Assembly: GCA_964584075.1 (NCBI GenBank)
Contig: CAZOYV010000002.1
Span: forward strand, 3,769-67,768
DNA length: 64,000 nt
Origin: an uncultured Rickettsiales bacterium
GTDB taxonomy: Bacteria > Myxococcota_A > UBA796 > UBA9615 > CAYRNR01
Reading direction: 5' to 3'
The position numbers and the translations under genes were made by a program. The notes under the pieces were generated by a model. The model searched no databases, was not told the origin of the DNA, and was given only the letters and a program-made list of their open reading frames with translations. Positions within the stretch are counted from its first letter, which is position 1. Every line of letters starts with the position of its first letter. Below, piece by piece: positions 48,237-57,877 of this stretch.

Positions 48237-51200
48237 CTAGTCGCTACGAATTCCCTGGCAAGATCCGGAACCGGCCGAGCTGGGCGCGGCCCACGCCCGA
48301 GGGGGGGGGCGGCCTCGGGGGGCAGGGAGCCGCTTCTTGAAGTGCAGCTCCAGCCCGCCGTTGCCCGCGTCGCCGTACCGTACCTCCAGGTACAGCTCCC
48401 GGGCCAGCTGGAGCTCGATCTCGCCCTCGAACTGGTTCTCGTCCTCCTCGACGCCCACGCGGTAGCGGGTGATCAGGAAGATGCGCTCGGTGATCGACTT
48501 GCCGATCTCGATGCCGTAGCTGCCTGGCCCGGCGGGGTTGGTCTCGATGTTGACCAGGTCCACCAGATCGTGGCCCACCACCCGCCCCAGGGCCTGGTTG
48601 GCCTGGGTGGTCAGCATCCCGGCCACCGCGGTGAGCGCGTCCTCGCCCCCGGTGGACTCCCCGGGGCGCAGCTCGTCCACCGGCGAGCCGAACAGCAGCA
48701 CGCTGACGATGTCGGCGTCCGCCCCGATCTCCTCGCTGCCGAAGCTCAGCTCCGGCTCGGATGTGCGCCCCGCGACGCGCACCCGGATCTCGCCGTGGCG
48801 GCTGTGGTGGACCGCGGTGACGTCCAGCCGCGGATCGGGCGGTCGCGCCCCCGTGAATCGAACCCGGCCCTCCTCCACCTCGAACTGCTTGCCCAGCACC
48901 GAGATGTTGCCCCGCACGGCGCGCACCTCTCCCTCGCCGTGGAGCTGGCCCGAGCGGTACGTCAGCGCCATCTCGCCCTCGAGCTGGATATCGGGGCGGA
49001 TCCGGCCCAGCCCGGGCGCCGCGGCCACGTCCAGGTGGATCCAGCTGTCCCGCTGCAGCTCCAGGTCGACCTGGACGTCGAGGTGGTCCAGCAGCGCCGG
49101 GCGCTCCCCGCCCTCCTCCCGCTCCCCGCCCTCGCGCTCGTCCTCGCGGTGGACGGCCACGTGCGGATCGCGCTCCAGCGGCCAGGCCTCGCGGCGCAGC
49201 TCGTCACCCATGTCCACGTCGAGCTGCTGCACGACCACGTCGCCGCGGACCTCCACGTCGGGGTAGTCCCCCTTCGCGGTGAGATCCAGGTTGGCGCGAG
49301 CCCGGAGCTGGGGCGTGTACGAGAGCCAGAAGTCCTCCGCATCGACGGACAGGTCCACCATCCCCAGCCCCTCGCGGAGGACCACCGAGCCCTCGGCCTC
49401 GACGTGTCCCCCGCGCTCCGGGGGGGCGGGCAACAGCGGGGGGGGAGCGCCCTCCTCCTCCGCCTGGCGCCGCTGCAGCCGCGTCAGGTGGTCCCCGGCC
49501 GGCTGGCTGTCCGCCTCGCAGCGTCGCAGCACCAGCTTGCGCAGGCTGGAGCGCACCTGCACCTGGATCCGGTCGTAGCACACCCCCAGCGCGGCGTGGC
49601 ACAGCGCGCCGTCCTCGACGGAGGCCCGCAGGTCCGGGTCGGGCTCCAGCAGGCTGCCGCGCACCGAGCCGTCGAGCTGCAGCGTCCCGTCGGAGTGGGA
49701 CGTCCCGTCGATGAACGCGGTCACGAGCCCCAGCGGCAGGTCGTCGCCGGTGAGCGTCCCGTCCAGGCCGTCCTGCCCGAAGCGCTGCTCCCGGCTGCGC
49801 CCGCCGGACAGCGACAGGTCGATCGGCGAGGACGCCTCCACGCTGAGGGCGCCGCCGTCGCGGGTCCGCAGCTCCAGCGCCAGCTCCAGCTGCCGCTGCT
49901 CCACGCTGCCCTCCAGCGAGAAGTCGGTCAGCGTCACCTCGCCGAGGCGGGCGCCCCGCAGCGTCAGGTCGGTGGCCACGACCGGGTCGGAGAGCAGCTC
50001 CGCGGCGCTCAGCTCCCCCACGAGCTTGCCGTGCAGCGCGTCCAGGGCGTCGCCGTAGAGGCGCACCGTCTCCACCGGCAGCCCGGTGAGGCCCAGCTGG
50101 AGCTGGACATCCTCCAGGTATGCCCGCGGCTCGCGATCCGCCCCGCCGAGGGTGTCGTCCAGCAGCCGCCCGAGCTCGAACGACCCCTCGATCGTCCCCT
50201 CCGCGAGCTGGCTCTCCAGGTCGCGGACCCGGCCCTCGACGGTGAAGCGCTCGTCCTCGAGGCGACCGTCCACGTCGGCGGCCAGCGCCGGCAGCTCTCC
50301 CATCGCCACGTCGCGCACCCGCACCTCGGCCCGGGCGTCGGGCCGGGCGCCGGTACCCGACACCGACAGCGTCAGGCCGACGTCCAAGGCCGGCAACCCC
50401 TCGGCGCCCGGCAACACCGCGGCGAGGTCCCCCGCGGCCTGCACGGGCAGCTCGGCGAACAGCTGCAGCATCCCGTCGCGCTCCCACCGGATGCCGTCCT
50501 GCGCGATGCGGTAGGGCACCACCCCCTGCACCTCGAGGGGCTCCAGCTCCGCACCGCCCACGGTGGCCACCACGCTGGTGGAGTCGCCCGCGACCACCAG
50601 CCCCACGTCCACCGCGAGGGGCCCCACCTCGCCGTAGCGGACCCCCTCGCCGTCGAGCTGCACGTTGCCCTCCGGCGCCACCGTGCGGCCCCGCAGCGAG
50701 GCGTCGAGGTCCACCACCCCCCGCAGCGCCCTGGCCCCGGCCGGGAGCACCGGCTGGAGCACCCCGAGCTGCAGCTCGCGGGCGGTGACCGACAGGTCCG
50801 ACGAGCCCGAGAGCGCAAGCGTGCCCTCCACCGCCAGGGAGCCCCGCTCGCCCGAGATCGCCAGGTCCGCGAAGGTCAGCTCGCCGCCGGCCCCGATCTC
50901 CAGCGTGAACGGCTGCGCGCTCTGCCACGCCGCGTCGTGGGTCTCCAGCTGCAGCTCCTCGGCGTGGATCCGCAGCGGCCGCTCCGACCAGTCCACCGTC
51001 GCCAGCGCCCGGGCCGAGACCTCCGGCTCCACCGACAGCTGCAGCATCCCGTCGAGGCCCTGGCCGACGAACTCGAGGTCGAACGTGGCGCGGCCGGCGG
51101 AGGTCCCGCCCAGCGCCAGCCGGTGGGCGTCGCCCTGCACCCCGCCGTGCAGGCCGCCACCGCCGTAGCGGCCGTCGAAGGTCGCGGCGAGGCGGGCGGC

Positions 51201-52676
51201 CTGCACCGACCCGACGCCCACCCCGGCGCCGCCCACGTCGCCGCTGGCCTCGGCGAAGAACCCCGAGGCCCCGCCCCAGCCCCCGTCGAGGGTCAGCGTG
51301 CCGTCCGCCCTCCCGGTGAGCCCCGCGACGCCGGCGAGGTCCCCGATCCAGGCCAGGTCGACCCCCTCGAGCGTCCCGTCCGCGGCGAGGCGCCGGTCCC
51401 GCACCGCGACGCGGCCCTGCAGGTCGGCGTGGCCCATCGCCGAGGCCACCTCGAGGCGGTCGACGCGGGCGCGCAGCTCGGGCTCCAGCGCGCCCTCGAG
51501 GCGCAGCCGCTCCACCTCGTACTCGCGGAAGGACGAGGCCTGCAGCGCCACCGTCGCTGCGCCGGCCAGCTCCCCGGGCACGAGGCCCGCCCCGTCCACG
51601 GTGACCCGCCCGCTCAGGGAGCTGGCCAGGTCCGCGACGGTGAGGAACGACCCCAGGTCGACCCCGTCCAGGTCGACGGCGGCCCGATACGGCAGCGGGC
51701 GGGTGTCCAGCTCCAGGGTCGCGTCGAGCCCGGCCTCGCCGGTGGGCAGCCGCAGCGTGCCGGCGGTGTGCACGGCCTCGAGCGGGCCGGTGACCCGCGC
51801 GTCGAGGCCCACCACGCCGGTCAGCGGCAGCTCGGCGACGGGCCGCAGCGAGTCCAGGTCGAGGCGGACCACCGCCAGCTCCAGGTCCAGCTCGGGCGCG
51901 GCGGTGGGGCCCACGTCGCCGCTCGCCCGTAGCTCGTCCTTGCCGCGACGCAGCCGTACCGACGCGTCCCACAGCGCGCCGTCGTCCAGGACCGCGTCCG
52001 CGGCGAGCTCGACGGGGCCCAGCCCCGGCTCGGTGGCCAGCGCGGCGAGCCGGTGGACCGTGGGGTGGATGCGGCGCCCGCGCACCTCGAGGGCCCCCGC
52101 GAGGGCCAGGTGCTCCAGCCGGAAGGGCGCCTCGGCGCCCTCGGTCGCCAGCGACACGGCCCCGTCGAGGCCCACGTCCTCGACGACGATCGCCACCGGC
52201 AGCTCGGGGGGTTCGGCGTCCGGGTCCCGCGGCGGCAGGATCGAGAACAGATCCAGCCCCTCGGGCCCGACGGCCAGGTCGGCGTCGAGGCCGCGCACGC
52301 GCACCCCGGTGACGTGCACCACGCGGCCGGGCAGCGCCAGCGGGCTCCACGCCACCGCCAGCTCCTCGGCGGCCAGCAGCTGCGCGCCGGCGGGGTCCAG
52401 CACCCGCACCCCCACCAGCGTGAACGACGACAGCAGGTGCCCCCGCGCGTCCTCGACCTCGACGGTGCCCTCCAGGGCGCCGTTGGCCGCGGTCAGGCCC
52501 CGCCGCAGGGCGAAGTGCAGCCCGGCCTCGCTGTCGATCCACAGCAGCGCGGCCCCCAGCGCCAGCACCCCCAGCCCCGCCAGTGCGCCCAGCGCCAGCC
52601 CGGCGCGCCACAGCCACCGCGTCCACCGGCGGCGCCGGCCTCCCTCCGGAGGAGGGGTCGTCGGCGTGCGGGCCAT
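48237..52676 (-). CDS. tamB: Translocation and assembly module subunit TamB (DUF490 C-terminus).
   Basis: 1479 aa with an N-terminal signal-anchor (WLWRAGLALGALAGLGVLALGAALLW), a long beta-rich body, and a C-terminal DUF490 (GKSITERIFLITRYRVGVEEDENQFEGEIELQLARELYLEVRYG). It lies directly downstream of tamA. Confidence 0.75.
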   Translation of the reverse strand: MARTPTTPPPEGGRRRRWTRWLWRAGLALGALAGLGVLALGAALLWIDSEAGLHFALRRGLTAANGALEGTVEVEDARGHLLSSFTLVGVRVLDPAGAQLLAAEELAVAWSPLALPGRVVHVTGVRVRGLDADLAVGPEGLDLFSILPPRDPDAEPPELPVAIVVEDVGLDGAVSLATEGAEAPFRLEHLALAGALEVRGRRIHPTVHRLAALATEPGLGPVELAADAVLDDGALWDASVRLRRGKDELRASGDVGPTAAPELDLELAVVRLDLDSLRPVAELPLTGVVGLDARVTGPLEAVHTAGTLRLPTGEAGLDATLELDTRPLPYRAAVDLDGVDLGSFLTVADLASSLSGRVTVDGAGLVPGELAGAATVALQASSFREYEVERLRLEGALEPELRARVDRLEVASAMGHADLQGRVAVRDRRLAADGTLEGVDLAWIGDLAGVAGLTGRADGTLTLDGGWGGASGFFAEASGDVGGAGVGVGSVQAARLAATFDGRYGGGGLHGGVQGDAHRLALGGTSAGRATFDLEFVGQGLDGMLQLSVEPEVSARALATVDWSERPLRIHAEELQLETHDAAWQSAQPFTLEIGAGGELTFADLAISGERGSLAVEGTLALSGSSDLSVTARELQLGVLQPVLPAGARALRGVVDLDASLRGRTVAPEGNVQLDGEGVRYGEVGPLAVDVGLVVAGDSTSVVATVGGAELEPLEVQGVVPYRIAQDGIRWERDGMLQLFAELPVQAAGDLAAVLPGAEGLPALDVGLTLSVSGTGARPDARAEVRVRDVAMGELPALAADVDGRLEDERFTVEGRVRDLESQLAEGTIEGSFELGRLLDDTLGGADREPRAYLEDVQLQLGLTGLPVETVRLYGDALDALHGKLVGELSAAELLSDPVVATDLTLRGARLGEVTLTDFSLEGSVEQRQLELALELRTRDGGALSVEASSPIDLSLSGGRSREQRFGQDGLDGTLTGDDLPLGLVTAFIDGTSHSDGTLQLDGSVRGSLLEPDPDLRASVEDGALCHAALGVCYDRIQVQVRSSLRKLVLRRCEADSQPAGDHLTRLQRRQAEEEGAPPPLLPAPPERGGHVEAEGSVVLREGLGMVDLSVDAEDFWLSYTPQLRARANLDLTAKGDYPDVEVRGDVVVQQLDVDMGDELRREAWPLERDPHVAVHREDEREGGEREEGGERPALLDHLDVQVDLELQRDSWIHLDVAAAPGLGRIRPDIQLEGEMALTYRSGQLHGEGEVRAVRGNISVLGKQFEVEEGRVRFTGARPPDPRLDVTAVHHSRHGEIRVRVAGRTSEPELSFGSEEIGADADIVSVLLFGSPVDELRPGESTGGEDALTAVAGMLTTQANQALGRVVGHDLVDLVNIETNPAGPGSYGIEIGKSITERIFLITRYRVGVEEDENQFEGEIELQLARELYLEVRYGDAGNGGLELHFKKRLPAPRGRPPPRAWAAPSSAGSGSCQGIRSD

Positions 52677-52677
52677 C

Positions 52678-54681
52678 TCAGAACGCCTCGCCGAGGCCGA
52701 AGTGGACCAGGAACTTCGGGGCGCCCTCGAACATCTCGGCGCTGTTCAGCCGGCCGGCGGCGTCGAGGCGGATGATGCCCACCGGCGAGACCACCCGCAG
52801 GCCACCGCCGACGCTCCACATCAGCCCCTCCCAGGAGACCTGCTCGGTGGTGGCCCACACGCGGCCCACGTCCAGGAACACCGCCCCGCCGAACCGCCAC
52901 TGCTGGACCTGGACCGGGTAGAACCGCACCTCGGGTCCGCCTGCCAGCATCACGTGGCCGCCGAGGGGGAACGGGTCGCACTCGCGGCGCCCGCAGCTGT
53001 CGCTCCCGCAGGGATCGCCGCTCTCGCAGGTGGTGGGGTAGTAGCGGGGGCCCAGCAGGTCACGGGTCCAGCCCCGGACGCTGGCGCTGCCTCCGGTCTT
53101 GAAGCGCTGGCTCAGCGGCGCCGAGTCGGTGTCGGCCAGGGGGAGGATCAGCCCGCCCTGCACGCGCAGCGCGAGGATCAGCACGTCGCGGACCGGGTCC
53201 ACGTAGCCGCGCAGGTCGGCGGAGAACTTGAGGTACTCGAAGCTCCCCCCGAGGCCGGCCTCGGAGACGCTGCCGCGCGCGAACACGCCCCGGCGGGTGA
53301 ACAGCGGGTCCTCGCGGGCGTCCCACGTGATCTGCTGCGAGAGGTAGCTGAGCGTGTACAGCCCGTCGGTGTCCACCTCCGGGACCCGGTGTCGCAGCCG
53401 CTCGTGGAACAGCTCGGGGTCCCGCTGGTACAGCCAGTAGAACTTGAAGTTGTAGCTGACGTTCAGTGACAGCCGGCGGTGCAGCCGGAAGGTCGTGCCC
53501 GCCGTGACCTGGGGGGACAGGTAGCTGTACCCGCTCTCCACGTCGGCGAGGAACGTGACCCGCTGCCGCAGCTGCAGCCAGGTCAGCGGCGTGGGCTCGA
53601 TCACGGCCAGCTCCCCCTGGCCGATGGGACCGTGGCTGCGCGGCGAGAACACGTCGGGGACCACCGCCCAGCCGAACTCGTTGTAGCTGTGCAGCTGCAC
53701 CAGCAGCCCCCCCACGTTCTGGTGGTTGAACAGGAACGAGGCGTGGGCGTCGTCGCGGCCGCGCTCCAGCCCCACGCCGCCGCCGAGCTCCACCGTGATC
53801 GGCGGCGCCTCGCGCAGGGTCACGAGCACGTCGATCACGGCCGGCGTGCCGTCCTCGAGCCGCGGGGTGACGGTCACCAGCGAGAACACCCCCAGGCCGA
53901 ACAGGTCCGCCTGCAGCTCGCGCAGGTCCGACCGGGCGTACTCGTCGCCCGGCCCGAAGTCGATCTCCCGCTCGACGCGCGGGCGCGGGACGTTCTCGAG
54001 CCCCTCGATCTCGATGCGGCCGTAGTGGCACAGCGGGCCGGAGTCGATGGTGTACGTCAGGTCCACGGCCCGCTCGTCGGGGTACACGTCGGCCTGCCGC
54101 TCGACCTCGGCGTGGGCGTAGCCGCCGTCGAGGAGCACGCCGCGCAGCGCCTCCTGATCGTCCCGCTGCCGGGGCAGCTCGAACGGATCGCCCCGGGACA
54201 GCCGGGGCGTGTCCTCGAGCCGCTCCCGGAGGTCCTCGTCGAGCCCGTCGGTCCCGAGGATCCGCACCTCGCGGACCTCCGAGCGAGGCCCCTCCTCGAC
54301 GGTGAAGGTCACCACCGCCCAGCGGCGCGTGTCCCCGACCTCCTTGCCCCTGTACTCGATGCCCAGGCCCACGGCGCGCGCGTCGAAGAACCCCATCGCC
54401 TCGTAGAACCGCACCAGCCGCGTCTGGTCCTCCAGCACCAGCTCGCGATCCAGCGGGACCCAGAACCGGCGCAGCTGCAGTGGGATCGCCCACCACGGGG
54501 TCCGGGTGGTGGCCAGGGCGTCGCGCACCCTGGGGCCGCGCAGCTCCTCGTTGCCCTCGACCGCGACCCGCCGCACGTGGGTCCGCGTCGGGTCGGCCAG
54601 TGGCTGGCGGTGGGCGCACCCGGCGCCTGCCCCCAGCAGGGCCACCAGAGCGAGCAGCAGGGCGGGCCAGCGTGTCGGCAT
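52678..54681 (-). CDS. tamA: Omp85-family outer-membrane protein TamA (POTRA plus 16-strand barrel).
   Basis: Signal or lipoprotein-like N-terminus (LLLALVALLGAGAGC), POTRA-like repeats, and a C-terminal bacterial surface-antigen barrel ending ...HFGLGEAF. Confidence 0.75.
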   Translation of the reverse strand: MPTRWPALLLALVALLGAGAGCAHRQPLADPTRTHVRRVAVEGNEELRGPRVRDALATTRTPWWAIPLQLRRFWVPLDRELVLEDQTRLVRFYEAMGFFDARAVGLGIEYRGKEVGDTRRWAVVTFTVEEGPRSEVREVRILGTDGLDEDLRERLEDTPRLSRGDPFELPRQRDDQEALRGVLLDGGYAHAEVERQADVYPDERAVDLTYTIDSGPLCHYGRIEIEGLENVPRPRVEREIDFGPGDEYARSDLRELQADLFGLGVFSLVTVTPRLEDGTPAVIDVLVTLREAPPITVELGGGVGLERGRDDAHASFLFNHQNVGGLLVQLHSYNEFGWAVVPDVFSPRSHGPIGQGELAVIEPTPLTWLQLRQRVTFLADVESGYSYLSPQVTAGTTFRLHRRLSLNVSYNFKFYWLYQRDPELFHERLRHRVPEVDTDGLYTLSYLSQQITWDAREDPLFTRRGVFARGSVSEAGLGGSFEYLKFSADLRGYVDPVRDVLILALRVQGGLILPLADTDSAPLSQRFKTGGSASVRGWTRDLLGPRYYPTTCESGDPCGSDSCGRRECDPFPLGGHVMLAGGPEVRFYPVQVQQWRFGGAVFLDVGRVWATTEQVSWEGLMWSVGGGLRVVSPVGIIRLDAAGRLNSAEMFEGAPKFLVHFGLGEAF

Positions 54682-54819
54682 CGTCGGGTACCGTCCGGAT
54701 ACGAACCCGGCCGCGGCTGTCCAGCCCGCTGGCCGCTCCCGGAGGCGGGCAGGGGCTCGTGGGGTTGCCAGCCGCCGCCGCGGTGTCTAGGCCCGGTGGG
54801 CCCGCTGGAGGGTTGCGCG

Positions 54820-55875
54820 ATGTCCCAGGTGCTGATCTACGGAGCCTACGGCTACACCGGCGAGCTGATCGCCCGGAGGGCGGTGGACCGCGGGCTGGAG
54901 CCCGTGCTGGCGGGGCGGGACCCCGAGCGGCTCGGGGCGCTGGGCCGGGAGCTGGATCGGCCCACCCGGGTGTTCCCCCTGGACGCGCCCGGCGGGGTGG
55001 ACGAGGGGCTGCGCGGGGTGGACGTCGTGATCCACGCCGCGGGCCCGTTCATCGACACCTACGAGGCGATGGCCGAGGCGTGCATGCGGACCGGCGCGCA
55101 CTACCTGGACATCACCGGCGAGGTGGGCGTCTTCGAGGGGCTGGCGCGGCGCGACGCCGAGTCCGCGGCGGCCGGCGTGATGCTCCTGCCGGGGGTGGGC
55201 TTCGACGTGGTGCCCTCGGACTGCCTCGCGGCGCACCTGGCCCGGCGGCTGCCCGGCGCCACCGCCCTGGACCTGGCGATCTCCGGGGTCGGCGGCCGGC
55301 CCTCGGCGGGCACGCTGAGCACGATGATCGAGGGCCTCGAGCAGGGGGCCGTGGTGCGCCGGGGAGGACGGCTGACCCCCATCCGCCTGGGGTCGCTGCG
55401 ACGATCCGTCGATCTCGGGGACGGCTCCCGGGAGGCCGTCGCCATCGCCTGGGGCGACGTCAGCAGCGCCTACCACTCCACGGGGATCCCCGACATCGCG
55501 GTGTACCTGGCGGTGGGGCGGCGCGGGTCGCTGGCCCTCCGCACGCTGGGACGGTTCACGTGGCTGCTGGCGCGCCCCGCGGTGAAGCGCGTGCTGCAGC
55601 GGCGCGTCCGCAGCGGCGAGCCGGGCCCGGACGCCGCGGAGCGCGTGTCCGCGTACTCGGTGCTGCTGGGCGAGGCCCGCGACGACGACGGCGGCACCGC
55701 GGCGGCCCGCTTGCGCACCCCCGGCGGCTACTCGCTGACCGCGATGACCGCGGTGGACATCGCCGCGCGGGTCCTCGACGGCGAGGCCGAGCCCGGCTTC
55801 CGCACCCCCTCGGCGGTGTTCGGTCCGGACTACGTCCTGGGGATCGACGGGGTCCAGCGCGACGATCTGGACTGA
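54820..55875 (+). CDS. NAD(P)-binding protein related to saccharopine dehydrogenase.
   Basis: MSQVLIYGAYGYTGELIARRAVDRG is a Rossmann motif, and the overall organisation is saccharopine-dehydrogenase-like. Confidence 0.75.
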   Translation: MSQVLIYGAYGYTGELIARRAVDRGLEPVLAGRDPERLGALGRELDRPTRVFPLDAPGGVDEGLRGVDVVIHAAGPFIDTYEAMAEACMRTGAHYLDITGEVGVFEGLARRDAESAAAGVMLLPGVGFDVVPSDCLAAHLARRLPGATALDLAISGVGGRPSAGTLSTMIEGLEQGAVVRRGGRLTPIRLGSLRRSVDLGDGSREAVAIAWGDVSSAYHSTGIPDIAVYLAVGRRGSLALRTLGRFTWLLARPAVKRVLQRRVRSGEPGPDAAERVSAYSVLLGEARDDDGGTAAARLRTPGGYSLTAMTAVDIAARVLDGEAEPGFRTPSAVFGPDYVLGIDGVQRDDLD

Positions 55876-55915
55876 GCGGGGAGCCGGACCTCGCGCCCCG
55901 CGACCACCCTCGCGG

Positions 55916-57877
55916 TCACGGGCCTCCTGGCCTGTTCCCTCCTCGCTCCCGCTGGAACACCACCAGCGCCAGGGGGGGCAGGGTGACCATCAGGGACTGG
56001 TCGTGGCCGTGGGCGGCGGCGGGGTTGGTCTCCACGGCGCCGAGGTTGCCCTGGCCGCTGCCGCCGTACAGCGGCGCGTCGCCGTTGAGCCGCTCCAGGT
56101 AGCGCCCCGGGGCGGGCACGCCGATGCGGTAGCCGTGGCGCGGCACGGGGGTGAGGTTGCAGGCGCAGATCAGCTCGCGGCCGGTCTCGGGGTCGCGGCG
56201 CAGGTAGGTCAGCACGCTCTGATCGCTGTCCTGGCAGTCGATCCAGGCGAACCCCTCGGGATCGAAGTCGCGGCGGTACAGCGCGGGCTCGCCGCGCAGC
56301 AGGGTGTTCAGGTCGCGCACCCAGCGCTGCAGGCCGGCGTGCGCGGGGTCGTCCAGCAGGTGCCACGACAGGCTGGCGTCGTGGTTCCACTCCTCCCACT
56401 GGCCGAGCTCGGCGCCCATGAACAGCAGCTTCTTGCCCGGGTGGGTGAACATCAGGCCGAACAGCAGCCGCAGGTTGGCGCGCTGTTGCCAGGGGTCACC
56501 GGGCATCTTGCCCAGCAGCGAGCCCTTGCCGTGCACCACCTCGTCGTGGGACAGCGGCAGCACGAAGTTCTCGTGGAAGGCGTACAGCAGCGCGAAGGTC
56601 AGCTTGCCGTGGTGGTACTTGCGGTGCACCGGGTCCTCGGCGAAGTACGCCAGCGTGTCGTGCATCCAGCCCATGTTCCACTTGAGCCCGAAGCCCAGCC
56701 CGCCCAGGTAGGTGGGCCGCGACACCGCCGGCCAGGCGGTGGACTCCTCGGCGAACGTCAGGGTGTCGGGGTGGTGCTCGTAGACCAGCTCGTTGAGGCG
56801 CCGCAGGAACGCCACCGCCTCGAGGTTCTCGCGTCCGCCGTGGGTGTTGGGCACCCACTGCCCCTCCTCGCGGGAGTAGTCCAGGTACAGCATCGAGGCC
56901 ACCGCGTCGACCCGCAGGCCGTCCAGGTGGTACTCCTCGAGCCAGAACAGCGCGCTGCCGAGCAGGAAGCCGCGCACCTCGCTGCGGCCGTAGTTGTACA
57001 CCAGGCTGCCCCACTCGCGGTGCTCCCCCTGGCGCGGGTCGGCGTGCTCGTACAGGTGGGTGCCGTCGAAGTAGCCCAGCCCGTGTTCGTCGCGGGGGAA
57101 GTGGGCCGGCACCCAGTCGAGGATCACGCCGATCCCGGCCTGGTGCAGCGCGTCCACGAGGTGCTTGAAGTCGTCGGGGGTGCCGAAGCGGCTGGTGGGG
57201 GCGAAGTAGCCCACGGTCTGGTAGCCCCACGAGCCGTCGAAGGGGTGCTCGGTGATCGGCAGCAGCTCCACGTGGGTGAACCCCATCTCGCGGCAGTGGT
57301 CGACCAGCTGCTCGGCCAGCTCGCGGTAGGTCAGCCAGCGGTGGCCCTCCTCGGGGACACGGCGCCACGAGCCCAGGTGCACCTCGTAGATCGAGATCGG
57401 CGCGTCGAGGGCGTTGCGCTCGCCGCGTCGGGCCATCCACGCCCCGTCGCCCCACGCGTGGCCGCCGCGCTCCCAGACCCGCGAGGCGGTCCCCGGGGGG
57501 CGCTCGCAGGCGAACGCGTAGGGGTCGGCCTTGAGCACGCGGTGGTCGGACCGGGCGGAGCGGATCGCGTACTTGTACAGCGCGCCGTGGCCCACGCCGG
57601 GGACGAAGCCCTCCCAGATCCCGGAGTCGCCCACGGTGTGCAGCGGGGCCGCCCCGTCCTCCCAGCCGTTGAACTCGCCCACCACCGACACGGCGCGGGC
57701 GTTGGGCGCCCATACGGCGAACCAGGTGCCGGGGACGCCGCCCTCCACGGCGGGGTGGGCGCCGAGCTTCTCCCACGAGCGCAGGTGGGTGCTCTCGCCG
57801 AGCAGGTACAGGTCGTCGTCGGTGAGGCGCTGGCGCGCCCCCCCGGTCGGGCCGGCGGCGGGCTGCGGCTCGCTCAT
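55916..57877 (-). CDS. glgB: 1,4-alpha-glucan branching enzyme.
   Basis: Real start MSEPQPAAG is at 57877 with a GAGGAGGA RBS. GH13 branching enzyme motifs: [40 protein letters not shown]. The upstream portion of ORF 55916..60820 was rejected. Confidence 0.9.
   Translation of the reverse strand: MSEPQPAAGPTGGARQRLTDDDLYLLGESTHLRSWEKLGAHPAVEGGVPGTWFAVWAPNARAVSVVGEFNGWEDGAAPLHTVGDSGIWEGFVPGVGHGALYKYAIRSARSDHRVLKADPYAFACERPPGTASRVWERGGHAWGDGAWMARRGERNALDAPISIYEVHLGSWRRVPEEGHRWLTYRELAEQLVDHCREMGFTHVELLPITEHPFDGSWGYQTVGYFAPTSRFGTPDDFKHLVDALHQAGIGVILDWVPAHFPRDEHGLGYFDGTHLYEHADPRQGEHREWGSLVYNYGRSEVRGFLLGSALFWLEEYHLDGLRVDAVASMLYLDYSREEGQWVPNTHGGRENLEAVAFLRRLNELVYEHHPDTLTFAEESTAWPAVSRPTYLGGLGFGLKWNMGWMHDTLAYFAEDPVHRKYHHGKLTFALLYAFHENFVLPLSHDEVVHGKGSLLGKMPGDPWQQRANLRLLFGLMFTHPGKKLLFMGAELGQWEEWNHDASLSWHLLDDPAHAGLQRWVRDLNTLLRGEPALYRRDFDPEGFAWIDCQDSDQSVLTYLRRDPETGRELICACNLTPVPRHGYRIGVPAPGRYLERLNGDAPLYGGSGQGNLGAVETNPAAAHGHDQSLMVTLPPLALVVFQRERGGNRPGGP

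Noticed and set aside
48342-52626. Plus ORF 48342..51932, minus ORF 49204..52626 and other ORFs nested in tamB.
   Set aside because: They are alternative frames of the tamB coding region. The tamB frame has a signal anchor and DUF490, and these do not.
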